DNA from: a virus
Lineage: Duplodnaviria > Heunggongvirae > Uroviricota > Caudoviricetes
Length of the DNA stretch: 8,583 bases
Reading direction: 5' to 3' (one strand)
IMG/VR virus record: IMGVR_UViG_2663762939_000005
The position numbers and the translations under genes were made by a program. Positions 8,213 to 8,583 of the stretch are shown here, piece by piece (the stretch's first letter is position 1; each line of letters starts with the position of its first letter). The notes under the pieces are model-generated. The model was not told the DNA's origin, made no database searches, and saw only the letters and a program-made list of their open reading frames with translations.

Positions 8213-8281
8213 CCCCTTTTGATTTGTTAAAACACCTTGCGGTCTGGCAACTGCAAGTGTCAAACAAGAAATCAAAAGGGG
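8213..8281 (+). promoter_or_regulatory. IS200 tnpA leader stem-loop sequestering the ribosome-binding site
   Basis: 8213-8224 (ccccttttgatt) pairs perfectly with 8270-8281 (aatcaaaagggg), which contains the AAGGGG Shine-Dalgarno 7 nt before the ATG. Further inner pairing: acaccttgc (8232-8240) with gcaagtgt (8253-8260). Confidence 0.6.
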
Positions 8282-8287
8282 GTCCCA

Positions 8288-8583
8288 ATGGGGAACGAAA
8301 AGAGCTTAGCGCACACCCGATGGAACTGTAAATATCACATAGTTTTTGCGCCAAAATACCGAAGACAGGTGTTCTACAGAGAGAAGCGTAGAGCAATAGG
8401 CAGTATTTTGAGAAAGCTGTGTGAGTGGAAAAGTGTACGGATTCTGGAAGCTGAATGCTGTGCAGATCATATCCATATGCTTGTGGAGATCCCGCCCAAA
8501 ATGAGCGTATCCGGCTTTATGGGATATCTGAAAGGGAAAAGCAGTCTGATGCTTTACGAGCAGTTTGGTGATTTGAAATTCAA
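8288..8583 (+). CDS. tnpA: IS200-type transposase TnpA (Y1 HUH transposase), N-terminal 98 codons; continues beyond the window end
   Basis: Translation MGNEKSLAHTRWNCKYHIVFAPKYRRQVFYREKRRAIGSILRKLCEWKSVRILEAECCADHIHMLVEIPPKMSVSGFMGYLKGKSSLMLYEQFGDLKF contains the HUH motif (HIHML) and closely matches remembered IS200 TnpA. Confidence 0.9.
   Translation, partial: MGNEKSLAHTRWNCKYHIVFAPKYRRQVFYREKRRAIGSILRKLCEWKSVRILEAECCADHIHMLVEIPPKMSVSGFMGYLKGKSSLMLYEQFGDLKF

Larger units (their letters stand above)
8147..8583 (+). mobile_element. IS200-family (IS200/IS605 superfamily) insertion sequence, left end and 5' part of tnpA; the left boundary is approximate (about +/-15 bp)
   Basis: Y1/HUH transposase start at 8288 with a ~140-nt structured leader holding two hairpins, as described for IS200. 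The boundary is placed by matching the RBS-sequestering stem-loop (8213-8281) to its remembered position in IS200; the exact end cannot be fixed without a reference copy. Confidence 0.8.

Noticed and set aside
8079-8396. ORFs 8079..8396 (-) and 8113..8331 (+) spanning the lom terminator and IS200 leader
   Set aside because: They cross two hairpin structures and the IS200 5' leader, and the minus ORF is antisense to the start of tnpA; no motifs. The region is better explained as structured non-coding IS sequence.
1-8583. Search for a novel defence or accessory system, CRISPR array, tRNA or integrase/att site
   Set aside because: No direct-repeat/spacer array, no tRNA-like cloverleaf candidates and no unexplained multi-gene cassette were seen by eye. 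All long ORFs are accounted for by phage tail genes and IS transposases, so claiming a new system here would not be supported.

Overview
This window is the tail-tip module of a lambda-like (lambdoid) prophage on the + strand, in canonical lambda order: a 3' fragment of a tape-measure gene (H-like), then M, L, K, I, J and lom, with the lambda-style TGATG overlap at M/L and a ~100-bp K/I overlap. Two insertion sequences flank it. Positions 1-376 are the left end of an IS629-type (IS3 family) element in reverse orientation, inserted inside the tape-measure gene. Positions ~8147-8583 are the left end and tnpA start of an IS200-family element sitting directly after the lom terminator. The host is most likely Escherichia/Shigella, and the prophage is probably tail-defective. 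I do not see an undescribed multi-gene system: every long ORF is explained by the phage tail genes or the two IS elements, and the remaining ORF-track entries are shadow ORFs. The points most worth a second look are the IS-interrupted tape measure, a sharp compositional joint at the M/L boundary, the divergent central and C-terminal parts of J, the two-domain K protein start, and the IS200 5' RNA structures. All identifications are from reading the sequence and translations against remembered protein families; no database search was run.
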